This document shows, piece after piece, positions 27,472 through 35,113 of a DNA stretch of 64,000 bases. The notes beneath the pieces are model-generated. The model did not search any database. It was given only the letters and a program-made list of their open reading frames with translations, and had not been told where the DNA came from. Made by a program: the position numbers and the translations under genes. Numbering within the stretch: position 1 is the stretch's first letter; each line of letters opens with the position of its first letter. Source of the stretch: Acidimicrobiales bacterium (lineage in GTDB: Bacteria; Actinomycetota; Acidimicrobiia; Acidimicrobiales; CAIXPF01); contig JBBSLP010000020.1 of assembly GCA_038255145.1 (NCBI GenBank), positions 3,986 to 67,985 on the forward strand, given 5' to 3'.

Positions 27472-27521
27472 CCGATGCCCCATGTCATCCCGGACGGTGA
27501 CGAAGCAGGTCGGAAGTTCAG

Positions 27522-27995
27522 ATGACCCCGGACCACGATACGTCCAGCTCTCAGATCCAGCCCGTGGCCACGGTGCCGGCCTACCGCCCCGGTCCCCGGA
27601 CGCGTCCGTGGTTGGGCCCGCTGGGTGTGGGACTGGCCGCGCTGGGTGCATGCGGCGCCCTGGCCCTGTCGCACCGGGCTCTCGAGCTGGTGCCCGATTG
27701 CCCGTTCCGGGCCGTGACCGGCCTGGATTGCCCCCTGTGCGGTGGCACCCGCGCTGTGCGGGCCCTGGCCGGTGGCGACGTCTTGGGCGCCGCGGGCCAC
27801 AACCTCGTCGTGGTGGCCATCCTTCCCCTCCTGGCCTACGCCTACCTGCGCTGGGCCGGGGCGGGCGTGAGCCTCTCGCTTCCCCGCCTGCGCCTGCCAC
27901 CGTGGTTCCCCCGGGTGGTCGTGGCCGTCGTCGTGGCCTTCGCCGTGGCCCGCAACCTGCCCGTCCCCGGCCTGTCCTGGCTGGCCTCGGGCTGA
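27522..27995 (+). CDS. DUF2752-like membrane protein
   Basis: The ORF is 157 aa. It has the CPFRAVTGLDCPLCGGTRA motif and several TM helices. Confidence 0.75.
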   Translation: MTPDHDTSSSQIQPVATVPAYRPGPRTRPWLGPLGVGLAALGACGALALSHRALELVPDCPFRAVTGLDCPLCGGTRAVRALAGGDVLGAAGHNLVVVAILPLLAYAYLRWAGAGVSLSLPRLRLPPWFPRVVVAVVVAFAVARNLPVPGLSWLASG

Positions 27996-28005
27996 CGCGG
28001 CGTCG

Positions 28006-28521
28006 CTAGAGGGCCCGGAGGCCGGCCTTGTAGCGGTGGACCCGCTCGACGTAGCGCTGGGCCGAGTCGGCGATGTCGGCGCGGTCGGCCCGGCCCTCCT
28101 TGATCACCGCGGGCACGCCGACGGCCTGGGCGCCTCCGGGCACGACCTTGCCCGGGGGGACGAGGGCACCGGCCCCCACCAGGGACCACGAGGACACGAT
28201 GGCCCGGCGCAGCACGACGGAGGCCGAGCCAACCAGGCAGTTGTCCTCGATGATGCACCCCTCGAGGTGGGCCAGGTGGCCGATCACGCAGTCCGAGCCG
28301 ATGCGGGTGGGGTGGGGCTCCCAGGTGTGGATGATGGCGCCATCCTGGATCGACGTCCGCTCCCCCACCGTGATGGGTCCGTCGTCCCCCCGCAGCACGG
28401 CGCCCGGCCACACCGAGCTCAGGGCACCGATCTCGACGTCGCCGATGATGGTGGCCTCGGGGTGCACGAAGGCATCGGGGTGGATGCGGGGGACCAGCTC
28501 ACCGAGGGCGTAGACAGCCAT
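28006..28521 (-). CDS. gamma-class carbonic anhydrase family / hexapeptide-repeat (LbH) protein
   Basis: Starting from ATG 28521: MAVYALGELVPRIHPDAFVHPEATIIGDVEIGALSSVWPGAVLRGD...IGHLAHLEGCIIED, a YrdA/PaaY-like left-handed beta-helix. Confidence 0.85.
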   Translation of the reverse strand: MAVYALGELVPRIHPDAFVHPEATIIGDVEIGALSSVWPGAVLRGDDGPITVGERTSIQDGAIIHTWEPHPTRIGSDCVIGHLAHLEGCIIEDNCLVGSASVVLRRAIVSSWSLVGAGALVPPGKVVPGGAQAVGVPAVIKEGRADRADIADSAQRYVERVHRYKAGLRAL

Positions 28522-28593
28522 GGGGCCGAACCTAGCTGAGCACGCCGAGGCCCGGCGCCGGGTCGCCCCCCGGGCGCGGTCAGGATGGGGGGC

Positions 28594-28761
28594 ATGGGCC
28601 TCTCGGCGGTGAACCCCAAGATCTGGCTGGTCATCCTGGCCGTGTTCGTGCTGGCCTTCGCCTGGCGGCGGCTGCGGGTGCGGTGGTCCCGACAGCGCAC
28701 AGGGCTGGCCGCGCTCGTCGCTCAGATGCTCAGGGCGCGAAGCGGCCGTAACCGCCCTTGA
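28594..28761 (+). CDS. candidate small membrane protein (55 aa; below the ORF-track cutoff)
   Basis: My own reading gives MGLSAVNPKIWLVILAVFVLAFAWRRLRVRWSRQRTGLAALVAQMLRARSGRNRP. It has G/C-ending codons, aggatgggggg upstream, and one TM helix followed by a basic tail. The 3' end overlaps the convergent flavin reductase gene by 32 nt. Confidence 0.35.
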   Translation: MGLSAVNPKIWLVILAVFVLAFAWRRLRVRWSRQRTGLAALVAQMLRARSGRNRP

Positions 28762-29236
28762 AGAACAGCAGGGGGCCGTTGCCCTCGTCCTCGGACACGT
28801 CGAGCTCGAGCACCCGACCGATGACGATCCAGTGGTCACCGGCCTCGTGCACGACGTCGACCTCGCAGTCGAGCCAGGCCACGCAACCGGCGATCATGGG
28901 CGAGCCCGTCACCGGGGACGGCTGCCAGGGGATCTCGGCGAACTTGTCCTCGGCCTTGGAGGCGAACGTGCCCGAGACGTGCTCCTGGTGGTCACCGACC
29001 ACGTTGGCGCAGAACTTGCCCGCCTTCTCGATGACCGGCCACGAACGCGACTTGCGGTCGGGCAGGAAGGCCACCAGGGGTGGGTCCAGGGACACCGAGG
29101 TGAAGGTGCCCACGGCCAAGCCGACGGGTCGGCCCTCGTCCATGGCCGTCACGATCGTGACGCCCGTGGGATACCGGCCCAGGACCTTGCGGAAGTGCGC
29201 CGGGTCGTGGGCAGGAGGTCGGGGTTCGTTCGCCAC
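28730..29236 (-). CDS. flavin reductase family protein (NAD(P)H:FMN oxidoreductase-like)
   Basis: The ORF is 168 aa: FRKVLGRYPTGVTIVTA...GLAVGTFTSVSLDPPLVAF...GDHWIVIGRV. Confidence 0.85.
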   Translation of the reverse strand: MANEPRPPAHDPAHFRKVLGRYPTGVTIVTAMDEGRPVGLAVGTFTSVSLDPPLVAFLPDRKSRSWPVIEKAGKFCANVVGDHQEHVSGTFASKAEDKFAEIPWQPSPVTGSPMIAGCVAWLDCEVDVVHEAGDHWIVIGRVLELDVSEDEGNGPLLFFKGGYGRFAP

Positions 29237-29297
29237 GGGACGGGACTGTAGTCGCGCCTCCGACCCGGCCGACGGGCCTGGCGGGACCCCGGCGACA

Positions 29298-30158
29298 TCA
29301 GGCGGGAGCGGCCACCTTCAACGGCGACAGCGCCACGGTCAGACCCTCGTGCGCGGCCAGCACCTCGAGGGGGCGGCACCCCCGGTGGGCCCGGGCGTCG
29401 GCGGTCAGGCGGTCGACGGTGGCGTCGTCGTGGTTGGGGTCGTGGTGGTAGAGGGCCAACATGCCCGCCCCCGCCTGCAGGGCCACATCGACCGCGTACT
29501 CCACCGTCGAGTGGCCCCAGTCGCGCTTGGCACTGAACTCGTCCCGGGTGAACTGGGCGTCGTGGATCAGCAGGTCGACCCCGTCGGCCAGGGCCAGCAC
29601 CGACTCGGCCACCTCACGACCGCCGTCGAGGGGCTGCTGGTGGTCGGGCACGAAGGCCAGCGACCGCCCCCGCCAGTCGAGCCGGAAGCCCACGGTGGGT
29701 CCGTTGTGGGGCACAGGGGCCACGGTGACCTGGACCTCGCCCACGGTGAATTGGCCGGTGTCGCGGGCGTGGAAGCTGATCTCGCCCCGCAGGTCGGACA
29801 GGCGCACCGGGAAGTACGGCGGCCGCATGCTCTGGTCGAACGCCTCTTCGAGGGTCAGCCCGCAGCCCGGGTGGGGGGCGTAGATGTCGAGGTGGCTGCC
29901 CGGCCGCAGGACGGGAGCGAAGAAGGGCAGTCCCTGGACGTGGTCCCAGTGCAGGTGGGTCACGAGGGCCACGGCCCGCAGGGGCTGGGTGGGTGGCAGC
30001 GTCTCGCCGTAGAAGCGGACGCCGGTGCCCAGGTCGAGCAGGATGGGCGGCGAGCCCGGTGCCTCGACGACCACCGAAGAGGTGTTGCCTCCGTAGCGGG
30101 CGTTCGACCCGCAAGAGCACGGCGTCGAGCCCCGTACGCCGTAGAACGAAACGTTCAC
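29298..30158 (-). CDS. MBL-fold metallo-hydrolase
   Basis: VNVSFYGVRGSTPCS...LVTHLHWDHVQGLPFF...VPDHQ. I prefer GTG 30158 (gggggg 6-7 nt upstream) over the track's ATG 30200. Confidence 0.8.
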   Translation of the reverse strand: MNVSFYGVRGSTPCSCGSNARYGGNTSSVVVEAPGSPPILLDLGTGVRFYGETLPPTQPLRAVALVTHLHWDHVQGLPFFAPVLRPGSHLDIYAPHPGCGLTLEEAFDQSMRPPYFPVRLSDLRGEISFHARDTGQFTVGEVQVTVAPVPHNGPTVGFRLDWRGRSLAFVPDHQQPLDGGREVAESVLALADGVDLLIHDAQFTRDEFSAKRDWGHSTVEYAVDVALQAGAGMLALYHHDPNHDDATVDRLTADARAHRGCRPLEVLAAHEGLTVALSPLKVAAPA

Positions 30159-30251
30159 GCGAGACCCCCCGAGGTCATGGACGGGACAGTACCCGTTCAT
30201 TCCCTACCGCACAGCGCGTGTGACTGGGATCACCGGATCTGAGGGGCAAGG

Positions 30252-30257
30252 TAGTGT
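30252..30257 (+). promoter_or_regulatory. candidate -10 hexamer (TAGTGT, TANNNT type) for a leaderless transcript
   Basis: TAGTGT ends 6 nt before GTG 30264, and there is no SD sequence in between. This geometry matches actinobacterial leaderless promoters. Confidence 0.3.
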
Positions 30258-30263
30258 CCAGGC

Positions 30264-31727
30264 GTGCCCACGTCGATGGTCAGCGAACGACCGAAGCTGC
30301 CTGACGGCATCATCGCCGTCGTCAAGGCCGACTGCCCCACCTGTGTGCTGGTGGCGCCGGTGCTGGGGGAGCTCGTCGAGCGGGGGGTGGCACTGACCGT
30401 CTACACCCAGGACGACCCCGCCTTCCCCACCACCGTGCTCGACCCCCGCCACGACGCCGACCTGGCCGTGTCCTGGCACTACGACATCGACGCCGTGCCC
30501 ACGCTGCTGCGCATCGAGGGTGGGGTCGAGGTCGAGCGCACCGAGGGTTGGCTGCGTCCCCTGTGGGAGCGCTTCACCGGTGTGCACGGCCTGGGCGAGG
30601 GGCTGCCCGAGCACCGTCCCGGGTGCGGGTCCCTCAGCGTGGACCCCGACCGGGCCGACGAGCTGCGCATCCGCTTCGAGGGCGGCATCCTCCACTCGCG
30701 CCGACTGCAGTTGGCTGCGCTGGAGGACGAGATGGAGCTGGCCTTCGAGCGGGGCTGGAGCGACGGCCTGCCCGTGGTGCCCCCGACCGAGGCCCGGGTC
30801 CTGCGCATGCTCGAAGGCACCACCCGGGACCCCCAGGAGATCGTGGCCATCGTGCCCCCCGACCTGGTGCCGGTCACGGTGGAGAAGGTGGCCATCAACG
30901 CCGTGCTCGCCGGGTGCAAGCCCGAGTACCTGCCCGTGGTGCTGGCTGCGGTCGAGGCGGCGTGCACCGACGAGTTCAACATCCACGGCCTCCTGTGCAC
31001 CACCTACTTCTCCGGGCCCGTGGTCATCGTGAACGGGCCCATCACCAAGCGCATCGGCATGAACAGCGGGGTGAACTGCCTGGGCCAGGGCAACCGGGCC
31101 AACTCCACCATCGGGCGGGCCCTGCAGCTGGTGGTGCGCAACATCGGGGGCGGTGAGCCCGGCGGCATCGACCGGGCCGCCCTGGGCAGCCCGGGCAAGC
31201 TGGGCTGGTGCTTCGCCGAGGACGAGGACGGTTCGCCGTGGGAGTCCCTGGCCACCGAGCGCGGCTTCGCCCCGGGGACGTCGACGGTCAGCCTGTTCCC
31301 CGGCCACGGCCCCAGCTCGGTCGTCGACCAGATCTCGCGGCGACCCGAATCCCTGGTGCGCACGTTCGCCGCCAAGTTGCGGGCGGTGAACAACACCAAG
31401 CTCGTCGGGGGCATGGGCGTGGTCATGGTCATCACCCCCGAGCACGCCCGGGTGTTCAGCGACGCCGGCTGGGACAAGTCCCGGCTGCGGGACGAGCTGC
31501 TCGGGCTGTTGCAGATCGACGGGGCCGAGCTGGTGCGGGGGGCGGGCGGCATCGACGAGGGCGTCCCCGCCGAGATCGCCCTGGGCCGCACCCTGCCCAA
31601 GTTCCGGGCCGAGGACCTGACCTTCGTGCACGCCGGCGGGCGGGCGGGCATGTTCTCGGCCATCATCGAGGGATGGGTGTCGGGCAAGACCGGTAGCCAG
31701 CTCACCACGTGGGAGGTGCGGACATGA
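30264..31727 (+). CDS. thioredoxin-fold (CPTC) domain fused to a ~350-aa uncharacterised domain; partner of the UGSC protein
   Basis: The ORF is 487 aa. The N-terminus IIAVVKADCPTCVLVAPVLGELV...DIDAVPTLLRIEGG is thioredoxin-like. The remainder (GWSDGLPVVPPTEARVLRML...VEKVAINAVLAGCKPEYLPVV...) carries no motif I can name. Its stop overlaps the next gene's ATG (ATGA). Confidence 0.8.
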   Translation: MPTSMVSERPKLPDGIIAVVKADCPTCVLVAPVLGELVERGVALTVYTQDDPAFPTTVLDPRHDADLAVSWHYDIDAVPTLLRIEGGVEVERTEGWLRPLWERFTGVHGLGEGLPEHRPGCGSLSVDPDRADELRIRFEGGILHSRRLQLAALEDEMELAFERGWSDGLPVVPPTEARVLRMLEGTTRDPQEIVAIVPPDLVPVTVEKVAINAVLAGCKPEYLPVVLAAVEAACTDEFNIHGLLCTTYFSGPVVIVNGPITKRIGMNSGVNCLGQGNRANSTIGRALQLVVRNIGGGEPGGIDRAALGSPGKLGWCFAEDEDGSPWESLATERGFAPGTSTVSLFPGHGPSSVVDQISRRPESLVRTFAAKLRAVNNTKLVGGMGVVMVITPEHARVFSDAGWDKSRLRDELLGLLQIDGAELVRGAGGIDEGVPAEIALGRTLPKFRAEDLTFVHAGGRAGMFSAIIEGWVSGKTGSQLTTWEVRT

Positions 31728-32293
31728 CAGCGACGTCCAGCGTTGCGACATCGGAGCCCCAGGCCACGACGGCCCGGGTCCTCCTCGACCCGACCGGCGA
31801 GCGACGGGCCGCGGTCCGCGAGCGGGTGGCCCGGCCCGGCACCATCGACGGGGCGGTGATCGGCCTGCTCGACATCAGCAAGCCCCGGGGACGCCAGTTC
31901 CTCGACCGCCTCGAGGAGCTGCTGGTGGCCGAGGGGGCGTCGGTGCGGCGCTACGCCAAGCCCACCTTCACCAAGCCCGCTCCCGCCGACCTGCGCTACC
32001 AGATCTCCCAGGAGTGCACGCTCGTCATCGAAGCCCTCGCTGATTGAGGCAGTTGCACGTCGTGCAGTGTGCACGACATCACCGACCTCGAGGCTCGAGG
32101 ACTGCCGGGTGTGTTCCTGGCCAGCACGGAGTTCGTGGCTGCGGCCATCGCCCAATCCACCGCCCTGGGCTTCGACCCGGCGCGGGTCTTCGTCCCCCAC
32201 CCCATCCAGGACCGCACCGATGACGAGATGCGGGCCCTGGCCGACGGTGCCTTCCCGGAGATCCTGAGCCACATCCGCGCCACCGGCACCTGA
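31724..32293 (+). CDS. UGSC-family selenoprotein candidate (in-frame TGA 32045-32047 read as selenocysteine)
   Basis: ATG 31724 is preceded by GGGAGG at a 7-nt spacing. Track ORFs 31709..32047 and 32069..32293 are in the same frame with only this TGA between them. Read-through gives ...QECTLVIEALAD-U-GSCTSCSVHDITDLEARGLPGVFLASTEF...; a hairpin follows the TGA. Confidence 0.75.
32048..32106 (+). promoter_or_regulatory. candidate bacterial SECIS element
   Basis: The hairpin gtcgtgc-agtgt-gcacgac (32059-32077) starts 14 nt after the UGA and has a G/U apical loop. A second hairpin cctcga-ggc-tcgagg lies at 32086-32100. ggcagt (32048) can pair with actgcc (32101). Confidence 0.5.
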
Positions 32294-32314
32294 GCTGGTG
32301 GCCTCCCGGGCGTT

Positions 32315-32350
32315 GGTGTCGACCCTGGCCATCACGGCCCGGTCGACACC
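32315..32350 (+). terminator. 10-bp stem hairpin after the UGSC gene (possible terminator)
   Basis: ggtgtcgacc-N16-ggtcgacacc begins 22 nt after the stop codon. No U-tract follows it. Confidence 0.35.
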
Positions 32351-32455
32351 TGACCCGGGGATCGGGCTCGATGACGAGGGGGTCGTCCAGGGCGGCTGGA
32401 GCTGGACTGTCGTACCCGTCAGGGATCATGGGGTCATGGCGAGGCGGAGCGACAG

Positions 32456-33333
32456 GTGGCGGCCGTGGCGCGCCGCCAACATGGGTTGGTCACGAGAGAC
32501 CAAGCCGTGACGGCAGGGATGTCGGTCAGCCTGGTACCGGGCCCTGGATCGGGGTCGCTTCGAGCTCGTGCACTCCGGGGTGGCCCGGGCCGCCGGCGCC
32601 CCCATCAATGATGGGCAGCGCATCCTCGGCTCGGTGTTGGCCTGCGGCGGCGGCACGGTGGCATCCCATTCGGCCGCAGCGCGGGTCTGGGGTCTGCAGC
32701 TCCCCCGCTGGCGCCTGGAGGTCATCTCGGCGCAGCGGGACAGCCGACGTGCTCCAGCCGGGGTGCTCGTCCATCGGCCCAGTGACCGGGTCGACCTGTG
32801 GCCGGCCCGCCGGGGCGGCATCCCGGTCACGAACCCACTCCGGCTGCTCGTCGACCTAGGGGCTGTCGTACCGCTCGGCTCACTCGAAGCTGCGCTCGAC
32901 CAGTTCGTCGTGGCCGGGACGGTGGACGTCGCCGCCGTGCGGACCACCCTCGACCGTCACGCCGGGCGCGGGCGGGCCGTCGCGCACCATCCTCGATCGA
33001 TGGTGCCTCGCTGATCAGCGTCCCGATTCGGTGGCCGAATCGGCAATGGCCCGCCTGCTCGACGCTGCGGGGGTCCCCACCCCTGCCTGCCACCTCCCGA
33101 TCGGCCCCTACGAGGTCGACTTCGCCTGGCCCGAAGCGCTCGTTGCTCTCGAGGTGGATGGTTGGGCGGTCCACGGCCGACGGGAGGCCTTCGAGGCAGA
33201 TCGGCGACGGGACCTGCACCTACAGGCCCTGGGCTGGCGAGTTCTCCATGTCAGCGCCGCAGCTGCGCTCCGTGGCTCGTTGGTGACGGCGCGCCACGTG
33301 GCCGAGGTGCTCATGGTCATCCAGGCGGCCTGA
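32456..33333 (+). pseudogene. decayed DUF559/AbiEi-N-terminal-type endonuclease-domain gene (at least two frameshifts)
   Basis: The homologous reading hops between frames. It begins ...RRQHGLVTRDQAVTAGMSVS, shifts near 32527 to AWYRALDRGRFELVHSGVARAAGAP...TLDRHAGRGRAVA, then shifts near 32980 to RTILDRWCLADQRPDSVAESAMARLLDAAGVP...YEVDFAWPEALVALEVDGWAVHG...GWRVLHV. Confidence 0.65.
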
Positions 33334-33337
33334 CTCC

Positions 33338-33484
33338 GTTCTCGGGTAGATGCATCGTTCTCGGGCAGATGCGTCCCACCTTCGGGACAGGATTGCCCGA
33401 GAAGCTGGATCGCCGTCCCTTCCGGCCCGGCGGGTGGTTCTCGGGTGATTGCGTCCCAGAATCGGGACGGGATTGCCCGAGAAC
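33338..33484. repeat. 48-nt nested-palindrome repeat units (2 full copies + 1 partial)
   Basis: The copies are gttctcgggcagatgcgtcccaccttcgggacaggattgcccgagaag (33357-33404) and gttctcgggtgattgcgtcccagaatcgggacgggattgcccgagaac (33437-33484), plus a partial gttctcgggtagatgcatc (33338-33356). Each unit has an outer stem TTCTCGGG/CCCGAGAA and an inner stem GTCCC/GGGAC. Confidence 0.9.
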
Positions 33485-33531
33485 CGCCAGCTCCGGTGCG
33501 CCTTCCGGCTGGACACCGTCGGACAGCTGGG

Positions 33532-34206
33532 TCAGCTGTGGAACATGGCGTCGTGGGTGTCTTCGGTGGTCTGGCCGGGGACGTGGCCGTAGGTCTCCAT
33601 GAAGACGCGGCACATCTCGTCCCAGGGGAACTCGACGAACTCGCCCCGCTGGTTGACGTACTCCATGTGCTGGCGGCCGTCGACGTCGAACTCGTGGTAG
33701 AGCGAGTCGTTGACGCCGTCGAACTCGATGGGCTTCACGCCGAAGCGCTCGCACATCTCGATGTTGAAGGCCGACGTCGCCTTCACCCACTGGCCGTCGA
33801 TCAGGAACGTCGAGTAGCCGTGGAAGGCGAACAGGTCCGTCCCCACCCGCTCGAGCAACTTCTCCGAGGCCAGGTGGTTGCGCACGTCGGCGAAGCCCAG
33901 CAGCGACGGCACCCCCACGGCCCGGGCCCCCGCCGTGAGCAGGATGGACTTGGGCACGCACCAGTTGCGGTCCTGGCCCACGATCACCGACGCCCGGTAG
34001 TCCTCGGCATCGGGCGACGACGAGTAGGGGTCGTAGCGCACCCCGTCACGCACGGCGTAGAAGAGGGCCACGGCCTTGTCGCGGTCGCTCGTCTGGCCCC
34101 GCACGGCGTCATGGGCCCAGTCCTGCACCGCGGGCTGGTCGCTGTCGACGTAGTGGGTGGCACGCAGGGCGTCCTCGCGGCTCGCCTTCGGGGGGCTCGT
34201 GGTCAT
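33532..34206 (-). CDS. transglutaminase-like cysteine peptidase family protein
   Basis: The ORF is 224 aa: ...GQDRNWCVPKSILLTAGARAVGVPSLLGFADVRNH...FHGYSTFLIDGQWVKATSAFN, a Cys/His/Asp core typical of the transglutaminase-like fold. Confidence 0.8.
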   Translation of the reverse strand: MTTSPPKASREDALRATHYVDSDQPAVQDWAHDAVRGQTSDRDKAVALFYAVRDGVRYDPYSSSPDAEDYRASVIVGQDRNWCVPKSILLTAGARAVGVPSLLGFADVRNHLASEKLLERVGTDLFAFHGYSTFLIDGQWVKATSAFNIEMCERFGVKPIEFDGVNDSLYHEFDVDGRQHMEYVNQRGEFVEFPWDEMCRVFMETYGHVPGQTTEDTHDAMFHS

Positions 34207-35113
34207 GGGGCGGATCGTAGGCCGGGCAGGGACAGCTCGCCCTCCGGCCCCACCTCGGCCAGCCCGTCCGCCACCACGCCCGCGGCCACCCGGGTGGCCC
34301 GCTCCACGTCGTCGGGCCAGCCCATGACCGCAGCCAACTGGGCCCGACCGACCACGCCCACCCGCAGCGCGGCCACCAGCCGGCCCCGGCCCTGGCGGTC
34401 GGACCCCACGAAGCGGGACTGGCCGCCAGACACACCGGCCGAGCCGATGGCGGGGTCAGGGGTTGGCCAACCCGCCGCCGCCCAGGCGCAGCCGTCACGC
34501 ACGGGGCACTCGCCACAGCGGGGTGTCCGGGCCCGACACACCGTGGCCCCGAGGTCGAGCGAGGCCTGGTTCCACGCCCACCCCTGCCCTACGGGGACGG
34601 CGGCATCGGCCCGGGCCTGGGCATCGCCCGCGGCCAGGCGGCGGCCGGCCCGGCGGGCCAGGACCCGGGCCACGTTGGTGTCGAGCACCCCCACGTCGGC
34701 CTCGAAGGCGAAGGCCAGGACAGCCCGGGCCGTGTAGGGCCCGATGCCGGGCAGGGCCAGCAGCGAGGCCAGATCGGCGGGCAGGCCGCCGTCGTGGCAC
34801 TCGACGACGGCCGATGCCGTCCGCCACAGGTTCAGGGCGCGGCGGTTGTAACCGAGACCGGCCCACTCCCCCACCACGTCACCGGCCGGCGCGGCCGCGC
34901 ACGCGGCGGGCGTGGGGAAGCGGGCCAGGAAGGCGTGCCAGCGGGGCACGACCCGATCCACCTGGGTCTGCTGCAGCATCACCTCGCTGACCAGCACCTC
35001 CCACGGGTCCCGGGTCCGCCGCCAGGGCAGGTCCCGGGCCCGTTCCGTCGACCACCACGTCAGCAGCCTGGTGTCGACGCCGGCATCCCCGACATCGTCG
35101 CCGGGCGTGCTCA
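34203..35113 (-). CDS. mutY: A/G-specific adenine DNA glycosylase (MutY family)
   Basis: LLTWWSTERARDLPWRRTRDPWEVLVSEVMLQQTQVDRVVPRW...LPGIGPYTARAVLAFAF...CRARTPRCGECPVRDGC (4Fe-4S loop). The 5' end is approximate because no in-frame ATG/GTG/TTG lies near the expected N-terminus. Confidence 0.8.

Noticed and set aside
24504-27500. A 998-aa plus-strand ORF
   Set aside because: It is antisense to sufD, the Cys4 ORF and sufB, all of which have unmistakable family motifs. Its composition (G/V/H/D/L runs) is typical of the reverse frame of GC-rich genes.
32069-32293. An independent 74-aa ORF starting at GTG 32069
   Set aside because: It has no SD sequence. The GTG is an internal Val codon of the motif ...GSCTSCSVHD.... 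The frame is continuous with the upstream ORF through a single TGA. It is better explained as the C-terminal half of a Sec-containing protein.
33338-33484. A possible mini-CRISPR (48-nt repeats with a 32-nt spacer)
   Set aside because: There are only two full copies, and the partial copy abuts copy 1 without a spacer. The units are long full-length palindromes, and no cas genes are nearby.
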